From a virus (lineage: Duplodnaviria; Caudoviricetes): a stretch of DNA of 56,168 nt. The position numbers and the translations under genes are program-made. Below, in pieces: positions 1 through 8,793 of this stretch; position 1 is the first letter of the stretch, and the number at the start of each line of letters is the position of its first letter. The DNA is taken from IMG/VR virus record IMGVR_UViG_3300032295_002548, positions 1-56,168 of that record. One strand, written 5' to 3'. The notes under the pieces were generated by a model. That model was not told where the DNA came from. It saw nothing but the letters and a program-made list of their open reading frames with translations, and searched no databases.

Positions 1-98
1 GCACCACCGCCAGCTGCACCACCGCCAGCTGCACCACCGCCAGCTGCACCACCGCCAGCTGCACCACCGCCAGCTGCACCACCGCCAGCTGCACCACC
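1..98. repeat. Perfect 15-bp tandem repeat (GCACCACCGCCAGCT) x6 plus a partial unit; encodes (AAGGG)n on the minus strand
   Basis: Read directly from the sequence; truncated by the window edge. Confidence 0.97.
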
Positions 99-779
99 AG
101 TGGTGCTGTTAGCGCCCCCAAGGTTGATGTCGGTATTGGAGGTAGGCGAAGTGATGCCGGGCTTGAAATCCGGTACGTTGCCCGTGGCTACGTTCACGCC
201 TGATTGAACCGCGCCAGCGCCAGCACCCAAGATCGTGCTAGGATCATTGGGGTCGATGGTGCCGACCTTGCCGCCAGAACCAAGCAGGCCGATACCGGTA
301 AGGATCATGCCAGTCACCGGATCAACGGGCAAAGGGAACGTGGCGATTACCCCGCTCTGAGAACCCTGTTGCCGGGGTGGAAGACCAACCCCCGCGCGTC
401 CGTAGACTTCATAGTAGACGTCTTCTATGACGCCCTTGATCTCTTCATCGGTCAACTCTCGCCTCCTCCGATTCCGCGTACTTGCGAGCCTCGCATCAAT
501 CAACTCCTCAATCGTCCCAGATTGAGCTGTCGTGGGCTCTCCAATCACATCCCTTTTGCCATCACTTGAAAAAGGGGGTATGACGGTAGCCGTATCTGGA
601 GTCGGAAATACTGCCGAGGAGCCAAAACCTCCCTCGTACCCGTACTCCGAAGGGTCGAACATGTTCCACAGCGACGGCCCCCCATAGTTAGCCCCCGACA
701 AATCCGGACCGTACGGATTTATGCTATCACTCGGACGAACCACAAACGGGTTCATTACGACTGGGGAGGCAGTGGGCAT
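1..779 (-). CDS. N-terminal part of a Gly-rich virion/internal protein, running off the left edge (probably continues at 56168)
   Basis: Not in the ORF track. ATG at 779 gives [24 protein letters not shown]...[16 protein letters not shown] with no stop to base 1; starts 4 nt after the stop of 784..1296. Confidence 0.8.
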   Translation of the reverse strand, partial: MPTASPVVMNPFVVRPSDSINPYGPDLSGANYGGPSLWNMFDPSEYGYEGGFGSSAVFPTPDTATVIPPFSSDGKRDVIGEPTTAQSGTIEELIDARLASTRNRRRRELTDEEIKGVIEDVYYEVYGRAGVGLPPRQQGSQSGVIATFPLPVDPVTGMILTGIGLLGSGGKVGTIDPNDPSTILGAGAGAVQSGVNVATGNVPDFKPGITSPTSNTDINLGGANSTTGGAAGGGAAGGGAAGGGAAGGGAAGGGAAGGG

Positions 780-783
780 GGTA

Positions 784-1296
784 TTAACCCGCAGCGGCGG
801 TACGGCTGAGTTCGATTAAGTTCGTACCGTCCGAGACGAACACGATGGAGTAGTACTTGTTAGCCGTGGACAACGCGTACGTGTTGGTGGACTTAAAGTT
901 CGTACCGAACGTGATGACGTTGCCGCCCGTGGCGTCCGTGGTGAACGAGATGCGCAGGACATAGCCAGCCCGCGGGGCGGTGGCGGCGTTGATCGTGCAG
1001 GCGGTGCTGCCGGTGCAGACGATGCGGCGGGTGTTCCCCTCCGTCGCCGTGAACGTCATGGCGATGGGGGGCGTAAACGTCACGGTGGAGTAGGTCTCCT
1101 CCAACCGTGTCGCCTGCTGGATCGACGTGCCGTTCGCCAAGACGGCGGACTCGTACGTGTTGCCCGACGCGATCATGGCCGACGTCACCTCGTCGTTCCC
1201 AATGGCCACGGTCGGCTGGGCGATCAGGTTCAGCTTAACGAACGTGATCGGGTCCGCGGTTCCGGTGAACGTGTATCCGGGAGTGACGTTAGCCAT
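784..1296 (-). CDS. Virion structural protein (short fibre/baseplate-like, beta-rich)
   Basis: 170 aa, T/A/G-rich; the C-terminal LRISFTTDATGGNVITFGTNFK segment resembles small phage fibre beta-sandwich domains; lies in the structural operon. Confidence 0.55.
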   Translation of the reverse strand: MANVTPGYTFTGTADPITFVKLNLIAQPTVAIGNDEVTSAMIASGNTYESAVLANGTSIQQATRLEETYSTVTFTPPIAMTFTATEGNTRRIVCTGSTACTINAATAPRAGYVLRISFTTDATGGNVITFGTNFKSTNTYALSTANKYYSIVFVSDGTNLIELSRTAAAG

Positions 1297-1302
1297 GGCG
1301 GG

Positions 1303-1785
1303 TTAGAACGAGAAGAACGCGTTGGAGTTCATCGGCCGGGGAGCAACATACCCCGGGCGGTACATGGGCATCGCCTCCTCCGGAGCCTCTTCTTCCGGCT
1401 CGGGGTTGGGCAATTTTCCCGAACGAACCGCGGCCGGGTTAATCCCCGGGGGCAACGGCATCGGAGGGGGAGGCGTACCCACGATAGCCGGACCGCCCGG
1501 AGAACCCCGCGGGATCGTTACCGGGAAACTGAAGGTGGGCGCGGAAGGCATACCCCCCATGTTCGGCGTGTACGCCGGCGGCATGTACGCCTGCGGCCGA
1601 TAGTAGTTCATCAGCGAAGAGAGATCCATATCCTCCTCACCCTCTTCGGGCATACGCATCTTGCCGCCAAACATCGGCGGCGGGGAAGGGGGCGGAGGCG
1701 GCGGAGTATTCGCCACGCCGGGTCCGCCGGGGCTAAAGACGGGGCTAATGCCAATAAGATCGGAGGGAAGTCTGAATGGGCTCAT
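1303..1785 (-). CDS. Pro-rich low-complexity protein, probably virion-associated
   Basis: 160 aa with two similar halves (GGPG..TPPPPP..PP..GK.P.PEEE..M..YRP.Y..P); tightly packed in the operon. Confidence 0.6.
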   Translation of the reverse strand: MSPFRLPSDLIGISPVFSPGGPGVANTPPPPPPSPPPMFGGKMRMPEEGEEDMDLSSLMNYYRPQAYMPPAYTPNMGGMPSAPTFSFPVTIPRGSPGGPAIVGTPPPPMPLPPGINPAAVRSGKLPNPEPEEEAPEEAMPMYRPGYVAPRPMNSNAFFSF

Positions 1786-1795
1786 GATGGGTGGG

Positions 1796-4453
1796 TTAAA
1801 CTTGGACTAGGTTGGCGCGTTGGCCGGGTCGAGTCTCAAAGCCGAGTGACATGATGGAGATGAACCCCTGCGTGTTGGTCACCTTCATCCAGCTCAAACG
1901 ACCCTGCCGGCGGGTGATCAGCGGCAGTCGAAACTCTTGCGCCATCTCCGGCTCGAACCCGGTACCGCACTGCACCGACGCCGGACCAGTCGAGTAGTCC
2001 TTGCGGTACGGACGGTTGAAGTCGTTGTTGACGTTGGTCAGGTCGTACGGCGTGTCGTTGAACTTCCAGCTCTCGGAGCGGCTGTACGTCTGATCGGTGA
2101 TCACTGCCGACTCCTCGCTGGCGCCCTCGGTGTACGACGACGCCGAGAACTTCGCCCGATTGGTGGCGAGGTCGAGGTACAGCCGACGCTGGAAGTGGTT
2201 CAGGCCAGACGTGTCGTAAGCCCGGGTGATCATCTGCACCGAGATGTCGGACACGATCGTACCACTGATATCGTTCTGCCCTTCGTCGGTGACGAAGATG
2301 CGCCCGTCCTCAGTGATGGCGTGCAGCCGCTGCAGGCCCAGATAGTCGATCACCTGCCAGCTCTGGATCGCCATCGATAGCTCCGAAGCAAAGTTCCATT
2401 CGCCGAACCACTGGTCAGTGATGAAGTTGTAGACGATGACCGAGTTGCAGACCTCGCTGTTGTCCAGCGGCAGGGAGATGTAGAGCTTGTTGCTCCAGTA
2501 CCCCATGCTGATCTTGTAGCCGTAGGCCCAGTTGACCCGGCTCATGATCTTCCGCACCCGGGCCGACAACGGCAGCGTCTTGTGCTGCATCGAGTTGTTG
2601 GTGCTGGTGAGGGTCAGCAGGTTGACGTTGCCGTAGCTGACGTAGGCCAGATCCGGACCCACCGAGACGACGGCGTTGATGCCGACCAGACCGACCTGCC
2701 GCGTGATCTCGGTGGTGGTCACGTCGGACAGGCTGCCCTCGACGTTCTGCAGCAGGATGATCGACTTGTTCTTGAAGGCGATCAGGCTGTTCTGGCCGAA
2801 CGGGAAGGTCTCAAGGATGTAGTCGCTGTTACCGGTGCTAGTGCTGATCTCGTTGGCCAACGGGTCGTAGTCGGTGAATGCCAGCACGTCGGACGCGGCG
2901 ATGTTGTCCTTGCCGTTAATGACCCACAGTCGGTTCTGGTAGTACGTCGCCTGATTGCTGCGCGGGATGCTATTGAACGTGGCCGGCAACGTCGTGTTGG
3001 GGACCGGGATAAACGTGCTATTCCAGTCGCCACTCCAGTACAGCGGGGTGCTCGTATTGCCCCGGAAGATGTACACTTGGTTGTTGGCTTGGACGATGGT
3101 CGATTGCTGCAGCACCGTCTCGCCACCCAAACTAATGCTACGACTAGTTTTTCCGTTGGCGTAGAAGCCTACCGACTCGCCACCCAGTACCATGATCCAT
3201 ACGTCGGACGGGTTGGTTGGATCCGAGAAGAGCCCCGTGGCCCAGACCGAGTTGGTCGTGGCCGCCGTCATCACCTGATTGGGCGAACCGTTGGTCGAGA
3301 CCGCCACATACTGGCCCAGCCCATAGGCCACCGACGACCAAGCGTTGCCGCTGGCAGCAGCGTGGTTGGTCCAAGTGACCCCGTCGGTCGAAAGCATGGC
3401 CGAGTTGGCCGCCACGCCCGAGTTGCCGACCGCCGAGAACGACGCACCACCGAACGTGACTGACGTCCAGTCGTCGTAAGCGGTAGTACGCGCCGTCCAG
3501 ACGATGCCGTCGGTCGAACTCATCACGCCAAGGGTGCCACTCGTGCTGGTCGTGGCCACAGCGGCAAACACGCCATTGCCGTACGCGACGCTCACGCATC
3601 CAGCCGGATCCGCCGGCGTGGTCGTGGCCACCCATGTCACTCCGTCCGTGGAGTACATCGCCCGGTTCAGGGAGCCCGATCCGCCCGAGGCGACCGCGAC
3701 ATACTTGTTCCCACCGTACGCGACTCCTCGCCAGTTATGGTTGGACTGCGAGGCAGGCGTGTTCCGCAGCGTCCACGTGAACCCATCCGGCGAGGTCATC
3801 ACCTGCGTGGTGCCTCCGTTGCCGTTGGCTACGGCGACAAAGAGCCCACCGCCGTAGGTGATGGCAGACCAGTTGTAGAGCCCGGGCGCCACCTGCTGCG
3901 TCCAAGTCAGCCCGTCGTACGAAGTCATCACCCGGCAAGCGGTGTCGAAGCCGATATCGTCGGAGGTCGAGGTGATGACCGTGTCGCCAAAGCTGGTGTC
4001 GAAGAGGTAGTAGGTCGTGCCCGAAGCAAGCGCCACGTACAGACCGTTCGCGTACGTGACCGCGGACCAGTTCAGCGCCAGTCCGGTGCTAGCGGCAATC
4101 CACGTCACGCCGTCCACCGAAGTCATCAGGTCATTGACCCCAGTGCCGTCAGACTGGACCGCCACGGTGCGGTTGGCCCCCACGGCTACGGAGACCCACG
4201 CCTTGTTCTGCGGAGTGGTCTGCGCAACCCACGAGGCGCCGAGGCCGAACGGGGTCGAACCCAGTTCCGGCAGGCAGACAAATCCGCCGCGGGTCTGGGC
4301 GTCCTGCGAGGAGAAGTCCAGATTGATTGCCTGCTGCACGTTGCCCGGACGGATGTTCTCGGACGCGTTGTACTCGTCCACGCCGGTGAACGAGCCGTCC
4401 GACACCGTCACCGGTTGGTCATCAACCTCGCCATATGTACGGTACCGGTTCAT
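1796..4453 (-). CDS. Tail nozzle / head-stabilisation protein (tail tubular B-like) with an inserted beta-propeller repeat region
   Basis: 885 aa. N-term DGSFTGVD..NLD..TRGG and C-term YYQNRLWV, VIVYNFITDQW are typical of podovirus nozzle proteins; aa ~70-400 are W..V.YG.G..VAV repeats. Confidence 0.7.
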   Translation of the reverse strand: MNRYRTYGEVDDQPVTVSDGSFTGVDEYNASENIRPGNVQQAINLDFSSQDAQTRGGFVCLPELGSTPFGLGASWVAQTTPQNKAWVSVAVGANRTVAVQSDGTGVNDLMTSVDGVTWIAASTGLALNWSAVTYANGLYVALASGTTYYLFDTSFGDTVITSTSDDIGFDTACRVMTSYDGLTWTQQVAPGLYNWSAITYGGGLFVAVANGNGGTTQVMTSPDGFTWTLRNTPASQSNHNWRGVAYGGNKYVAVASGGSGSLNRAMYSTDGVTWVATTTPADPAGCVSVAYGNGVFAAVATTSTSGTLGVMSSTDGIVWTARTTAYDDWTSVTFGGASFSAVGNSGVAANSAMLSTDGVTWTNHAAASGNAWSSVAYGLGQYVAVSTNGSPNQVMTAATTNSVWATGLFSDPTNPSDVWIMVLGGESVGFYANGKTSRSISLGGETVLQQSTIVQANNQVYIFRGNTSTPLYWSGDWNSTFIPVPNTTLPATFNSIPRSNQATYYQNRLWVINGKDNIAASDVLAFTDYDPLANEISTSTGNSDYILETFPFGQNSLIAFKNKSIILLQNVEGSLSDVTTTEITRQVGLVGINAVVSVGPDLAYVSYGNVNLLTLTSTNNSMQHKTLPLSARVRKIMSRVNWAYGYKISMGYWSNKLYISLPLDNSEVCNSVIVYNFITDQWFGEWNFASELSMAIQSWQVIDYLGLQRLHAITEDGRIFVTDEGQNDISGTIVSDISVQMITRAYDTSGLNHFQRRLYLDLATNRAKFSASSYTEGASEESAVITDQTYSRSESWKFNDTPYDLTNVNNDFNRPYRKDYSTGPASVQCGTGFEPEMAQEFRLPLITRRQGRLSWMKVTNTQGFISIMSLGFETRPGQRANLVQV

Positions 4454-5211
4454 GTGGCGTTCTGGTATTTGAAACGCACGACGACAATGCCCTGATAAAA
4501 CGCTCCGCCCGCACCGCCGTTGTGGAGAGCACCGCTATCACCGCCGGCACCACCACCGCCGCCACCGCCGCCACCGTAGCCAGTAGCCGCAGCACCCGGC
4601 GACCCGTCGCCCTGAGAGGATCCACCCAGACCACCGTTGCCCGCCCCAGTGCCGCCGGCGCCGCCGGGATTTGTACCGCTAACGCCTTGATTCTTACCAT
4701 CACCGCCGCCGCCACCCGAACTGCCGTACACCACGGACGTGCCGGTAATGCTCGACGCCGTGCCGGTCGTGCCGGGGGATCCCCCACCACCGCCGCCGGC
4801 GGTGTATGCTCCTGCAGCCGTGAACGAGCCCCCATTGTACGGAAGAACGCTGCTGGCGCTATTAGTCGTGCCAACCGTGACCGCGTAGTTCGTGTTAAGG
4901 ACGAACGAACTCATGGTCAAAGTCGCCGAAGAAATAACCCGGCCACCCGCACCACCTGAACCACCGCCGCCGCCGTTCGAGCTAATTTCAGGCGGATCCC
5001 CTTCCTCATTGGTACCGCCCTCCCCGCCCGTCTCGCCCGCGCCCACCACCAACACGTCCACGACAGCCGTGGGGATGCCGGCCAACGTCACCCGAAAATT
5101 GCCCCCACTGGTGAACGTGTGGATCTGATAGTCGCCACTGTACGTGATGGTCCCCCCGGTGGCATCGTTCTGCCGCCCGCCCGCGCCGAGGAGCATCTGC
5201 ATCAGGCTCAT
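4450..5211 (-). CDS. Glycine-rich domain fibre/tip protein (253 aa; start corrected to MSLMQMLLG)
   Basis: GGTITYSGDYQIHTFTSGG, VDVLVVGAG, poly-G loops and terminal GIVVVRF match the glycine-rich phage fibre domain; the ATG overlaps the TGA of the upstream gene. Confidence 0.75.
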   Translation of the reverse strand: MSLMQMLLGAGGRQNDATGGTITYSGDYQIHTFTSGGNFRVTLAGIPTAVVDVLVVGAGETGGEGGTNEEGDPPEISSNGGGGGSGGAGGRVISSATLTMSSFVLNTNYAVTVGTTNSASSVLPYNGGSFTAAGAYTAGGGGGGSPGTTGTASSITGTSVVYGSSGGGGGDGKNQGVSGTNPGGAGGTGAGNGGLGGSSQGDGSPGAAATGYGGGGGGGGGAGGDSGALHNGGAGGAFYQGIVVVRFKYQNAT

Positions 5212-5687
5212 CAGGTGATACCCGCGCCGGTGATGACGAACGTGTTGCTGGCGACGCAGAGCAGGGTGGCCACGCCACGCTGGGCGAGCGTGCGGTTGCC
5301 GGTGGTGGCCGTGCCAGCCAAGTAGCAGGTGACCGCGGTCGTCGTGATCGTGATGCTCGACGCGCTGTTGTTGAAGATGGAGATGCAGTCGCCCGCGCTG
5401 AACAGGCCGGACGGGACGATGACCCCGGCGGTGGTCGAGATGTGCTTGCCGGTGTCGGAGGAGACCAGCGTGTACGACGTGGTCTGCGCATTCTGGGTGA
5501 TCAGCCGGACGTTGCCCTTGGAGTCCGAGACGGAGGCGAACGTCGGGCTGTCGGCGGTGCCCACGTTCTGGAACTTGGTGGCCGACCACTTGCGCGTGCC
5601 GAAGGCCGAGCCGTCCAGCGGCAGGAAGTCAGTCGCGTCCGGCGAACTGGCGGTGGACGGGAAGTTGCGGATGAGGGTGGTAGGCAT
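5211..5687 (-). CDS. Short fibre/adaptor protein
   Basis: 158 aa; NAQTTSYTLVSSDTGK fibre motif; the N-terminal TDFLPLDG..GTRK motif is shared with 6867..8276. Confidence 0.7.
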   Translation of the reverse strand: MPTTLIRNFPSTASSPDATDFLPLDGSAFGTRKWSATKFQNVGTADSPTFASVSDSKGNVRLITQNAQTTSYTLVSSDTGKHISTTAGVIVPSGLFSAGDCISIFNNSASSITITTTAVTCYLAGTATTGNRTLAQRGVATLLCVASNTFVITGAGIT

Positions 5688-5693
5688 GAGCGG

Positions 5694-5909
5694 TTAGGTC
5701 AGCACCTTGAAGAGCCACGAGACGCCGACCCCGATCACGGCGAAGACCGCGCCCCACTGCAGCAGTTTGCGGTCGTGGGAGTCCACGCGCTGTTCGATGT
5801 GCTCGACACGCTGGGCAAGGCCACGGTGACCCATTTGCGGATCACCCACGATGGCTTTCTCGATGCGATCGACGCTGGTCTGCAACTTGTCAAAGACGTC
5901 GGGAGTCAT
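5694..5909 (-). CDS. Small membrane protein (coiled coil plus C-terminal TM), lysis-cassette candidate
   Basis: 71 aa with C-terminal WGAVFAVIGVGVSWLF; next to the holin candidate. Confidence 0.6.
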   Translation of the reverse strand: MTPDVFDKLQTSVDRIEKAIVGDPQMGHRGLAQRVEHIEQRVDSHDRKLLQWGAVFAVIGVGVSWLFKVLT

Positions 5910-5915
5910 GTCGGA

Positions 5916-6350
5916 TTACTTGGAGCGGGTCAGCTGGTGACGTACTCCCAGCCAGAAGTAGACGCAGGCGAACGAGACGGTCAGGATCTCCGGCTGCAGC
6001 CCTGCAAGCTGCTCGGTCGGACGGCCCCAGATGTACCAGCAGGCGCCCGCCACCATGACCGGACGCACCATCTGGGTGGTGAATGCGGCGATGGTCATCA
6101 GCCCGTGCGTCCACGCGGGCGCGTGCGGGGGCGGCGAGTACGACGTGTTGGTCGTACCCTCAACCGCCTTGGCGAACGCCTCCACCTCGGCGATGGAGAT
6201 CGCCTTCTCCTTCAGCGCCGCGATCTCGGCGATGCGGCGCTTGGAGGCGGACCACTCCTTCAGCTCGGATACCGCGGACCCAAGGACTTGGGTCACACCG
6301 CCGAGGAGTGTACCACCGGCGGCGGAAGCGAGGAAGGAGATGAGGCTCAT
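5916..6350 (-). CDS. Holin candidate (3-TM, GTA-holin-like)
   Basis: 144 aa; amphipathic N-terminus, coiled coil, VRP motif before a TM segment, terminal FWLGVR. Confidence 0.65.
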   Translation of the reverse strand: MSLISFLASAAGGTLLGGVTQVLGSAVSELKEWSASKRRIAEIAALKEKAISIAEVEAFAKAVEGTTNTSYSPPPHAPAWTHGLMTIAAFTTQMVRPVMVAGACWYIWGRPTEQLAGLQPEILTVSFACVYFWLGVRHQLTRSK

Positions 6351-6353
6351 AAC

Positions 6354-6506
6354 TCAGCGGCAGCCGTACGCCAGCAGGGCGATGACGGCCACCACCCCGA
6401 TGGCGAGACTGAGCTTATGAGCCAGCGTCAGCAGCTCACTCTGCCTTGACGGGGGCAGGCTCGACCAGCGGAGCGAGTACCCGGATAGCTTTTTCAATAA
6501 GCTCAT
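6354..6506 (-). CDS. Possible 50-aa single-TM peptide overlapping the upstream gene
   Basis: Hand translation MSLLKKLSG...LSLAIGVVAVIALLAYGCR; fills the gap before the holin. Confidence 0.35.
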   Translation of the reverse strand: MSLLKKLSGYSLRWSSLPPSRQSELLTLAHKLSLAIGVVAVIALLAYGCR

Positions 6507-6588
6507 GGTCGGAGCGCGTACCGCGGAACTGAGCGGCGGTCTGCGCGAGGAGTTCGAGGGCTTGTTTCGGAGTCAGGTTCTGATCCAT
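6436..6588 (-). CDS. Small hypothetical protein (50 aa)
   Basis: Hand translation MDQNLTPKQALELLAQTAAQFRGTRSDHELIEKAIRVLAPLVEPAPVKAE; GGAGG upstream. Confidence 0.7.
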   Translation of the reverse strand: MDQNLTPKQALELLAQTAAQFRGTRSDHELIEKAIRVLAPLVEPAPVKAE

Positions 6589-6599
6589 AGATCCTCCAA

Positions 6600-6857
6600 T
6601 CACAGCGGGCTCAGGCCGGCGTTCTGCGCCAAGACCTTGTAGAACGCCTCGTCATCCGTCCACGCGGAGGTCTGCGCCTCGGTGGCAGTGACGAGCTGAG
6701 CCGCAACCTCCGAACCGGCAGCGTCCAGCAGGACGGTGTCGGACGTGGAGGTGCCGTCATTGTTGTAGTTGGTGTAGCGAACGCCGAACTTCACGGCCGA
6801 CTTGGTGCCGGTCGAAGTCCAGACGCTCACGGGAGTGATATCGACGATGTTTTGCAT
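6600..6857 (-). CDS. Small fibre-associated protein (85 aa)
   Basis: Directly downstream of a fibre gene; ends ..AWTDDEAFYKVLAQNAGL, like small fibre partner/chaperone proteins. Confidence 0.55.
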   Translation of the reverse strand: MQNIVDITPVSVWTSTGTKSAVKFGVRYTNYNNDGTSTSDTVLLDAAGSEVAAQLVTATEAQTSAWTDDEAFYKVLAQNAGLSPL

Positions 6858-6866
6858 GAGGGAAAA

Positions 6867-8276
6867 TTAGGTGTCGGTTGCGATGGTCTTAACGGTGCCG
6901 TCGCCAAACTTGACCTTGAGGTCTCCATCGGCGGTATCGACGTAAATGGTTGCATATCCCGCACGGGTGCTAGGTGCCGCGGTTCCATCGATGAGCGCCA
7001 TTTCGCGCATCGTGAATCCGGTGATCGTATCCGCCGCGCTAAGTCCACGGAACTCAACGCCCGCAGGACCGGCGCTATCAATTCGAATGTTGCCGGTATC
7101 CGAGCCAAGCGAAAGGCCGTTTGAACCACCGCAACGAACGATGCCACCTGTGATAATTTCCTTAGCCACTCCTACGCCACCGCCAACCACAAGCGCACCA
7201 AAAGAGGCCGAGGTTGCTGCCGCAGTCGCAGGGACTGTGATGTTTCCGGTAACGTTATCTATCGCCAGACGACTTGTGTTCGTGGATGAGGTCCGCGTGT
7301 AAAAATATGTCGCGCCACCGCTTCCGTCGCCAATAAAGAAAGCGTTGCTGGACGATCCAAGATACTGAACGCCGACACCGTAGTTGCCAGTCCACGCAGC
7401 GGGAAGTCCGCCATCGACACTATTGTTGGCGCTAAGGGCGACAACGGAACTCTGCGCCCCAATGCGTGCGTGAGTTCCAGTCGAAACGTAGCCCCCCGCA
7501 TAAATCGCCCCCGCCACTCCTAATCCGCCGGAACCCCCACTACCCACCACCAGAGCGCCGGTGATGGTGGAGCTAGAGGCAGCGGTGCCGAGCACCTGAA
7601 CCACGCTCCCGCTCGTCAACCGCATCACCTCGTTAAAGGTGCCGTTCAGAGTGGTCTGAAACGACAGGGTGGAACCGTACCCGCCACCGCTCATCACGCC
7701 GAAAGCCTTGATGTTGATCACCGATTGGGCGCCAACGCCACCGGGATAGCTGCCGTCAATCCCGAGACCTGAACTGTAGCTAGAGTTTAGACTAGGGGTG
7801 TTAACGTAGAACGAACCGCCCGTACCGGGGGCTCCAACACCAACAGCGCCGGATGCCACAGTAATTCCAGTGCTGATAGTCAGCCCGGTAGTACCGGGCA
7901 TCGTGACCAACGTATTGCTATCAACCCTTAATCCCTCGGAATAAGCGCCAACATTGTTGTTGTGTCCAAGAGATAGCCAGCGATTCCCAGTAGCGGGGTC
8001 ACCTTGGATCTGGATTGCACCGCCAGCGGTCGCAGACCGGATGTAATGCGTGTAAGCCGCGCCAGACGGACCCATCGTCAGGGTAGTATTCCCACCCGTC
8101 CCGATCGTTGCGTTCCCGGCTGTCGTCAGCGTCTGGCCCACCGTGACAGCGCCGCCAAAGCTAGGGCTAAAAGCCGACAGCTTCTTGGTTCCAGCGGTCG
8201 CCCCATCGATCGGAAGGAAGTCGTCCGTAACGGAGACGGTGGACGTCGTAAGGGCGTTGATGCGCGTGTCGGCCAT
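6867..8276 (-). CDS. Tail fibre protein
   Basis: 469 aa, G/S/T-rich; GALVVG.GG.GV repeats; MADTRINALT N-terminus; C-terminal IYVDTADGDLKVKFGDG. Confidence 0.8.
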   Translation of the reverse strand: MADTRINALTTSTVSVTDDFLPIDGATAGTKKLSAFSPSFGGAVTVGQTLTTAGNATIGTGGNTTLTMGPSGAAYTHYIRSATAGGAIQIQGDPATGNRWLSLGHNNNVGAYSEGLRVDSNTLVTMPGTTGLTISTGITVASGAVGVGAPGTGGSFYVNTPSLNSSYSSGLGIDGSYPGGVGAQSVINIKAFGVMSGGGYGSTLSFQTTLNGTFNEVMRLTSGSVVQVLGTAASSSTITGALVVGSGGSGGLGVAGAIYAGGYVSTGTHARIGAQSSVVALSANNSVDGGLPAAWTGNYGVGVQYLGSSSNAFFIGDGSGGATYFYTRTSSTNTSRLAIDNVTGNITVPATAAATSASFGALVVGGGVGVAKEIITGGIVRCGGSNGLSLGSDTGNIRIDSAGPAGVEFRGLSAADTITGFTMREMALIDGTAAPSTRAGYATIYVDTADGDLKVKFGDGTVKTIATDT

Positions 8277-8281
8277 GGCGG

Positions 8282-8470
8282 TTAGAGTTTGGGTTGGACG
8301 TACACTATCACGTCAAGAGTCGAGGTGATCAGCCGATCGGCCGTGCCACCCACCAGCAGTGCGCCCCCAACCTCGAAGAACGACGGGTTGAGGCCCGAGC
8401 CGCCGCCCTCGCCCAGTCGTTGGCCGAGGACGTTGACGTCGCTGCCGAGGTCTGAGCAGACAAGGCTCAC
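8282..8470 (-). CDS. Small structural/linker peptide (62 aa, GTG start)
   Basis: GTGA overlap with the upstream stop; ends LLVGGTADRLITSTLDVIVYVQPKL. Confidence 0.55.
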   Translation of the reverse strand: MSLVCSDLGSDVNVLGQRLGEGGGSGLNPSFFEVGGALLVGGTADRLITSTLDVIVYVQPKL

Positions 8471-8787
8471 AGCTGCAGTTCGCTGGCGTGGATGGCGGCG
8501 TCGGTGCCGGCCTGACGGATGAACTTGGCTGCGGCGGCCATCGCCGTGCTCCACGTGTACTGGCGGCCCTGATAGAGCCGGTGCCCGTTGCTGGCCGTGG
8601 GCGAACTACCATCCACCGTACACATCACGTCCGCGTCCTGAATGTCGAACATCACCATGTTCGTCGTGTCGGAGAAGGCGGCGAACTGAACGACGCTCGT
8701 GCTAACCGCAAGCCGCTGATCCGCTACCGGGTTGCTCCGGTAGATGGACGGCTTCGGAAAGATGTTGTTGAGATTCATCGTTGGCAT
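8467..8787 (-). CDS. Small virion beta-sandwich protein (106 aa)
   Basis: DVMCTVDGSSPTASNGHRL motif common in small phage structural proteins; operon position. Confidence 0.65.
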   Translation of the reverse strand: MPTMNLNNIFPKPSIYRSNPVADQRLAVSTSVVQFAAFSDTTNMVMFDIQDADVMCTVDGSSPTASNGHRLYQGRQYTWSTAMAAAAKFIRQAGTDAAIHASELQL

Positions 8788-8793
8788 GGTGGA

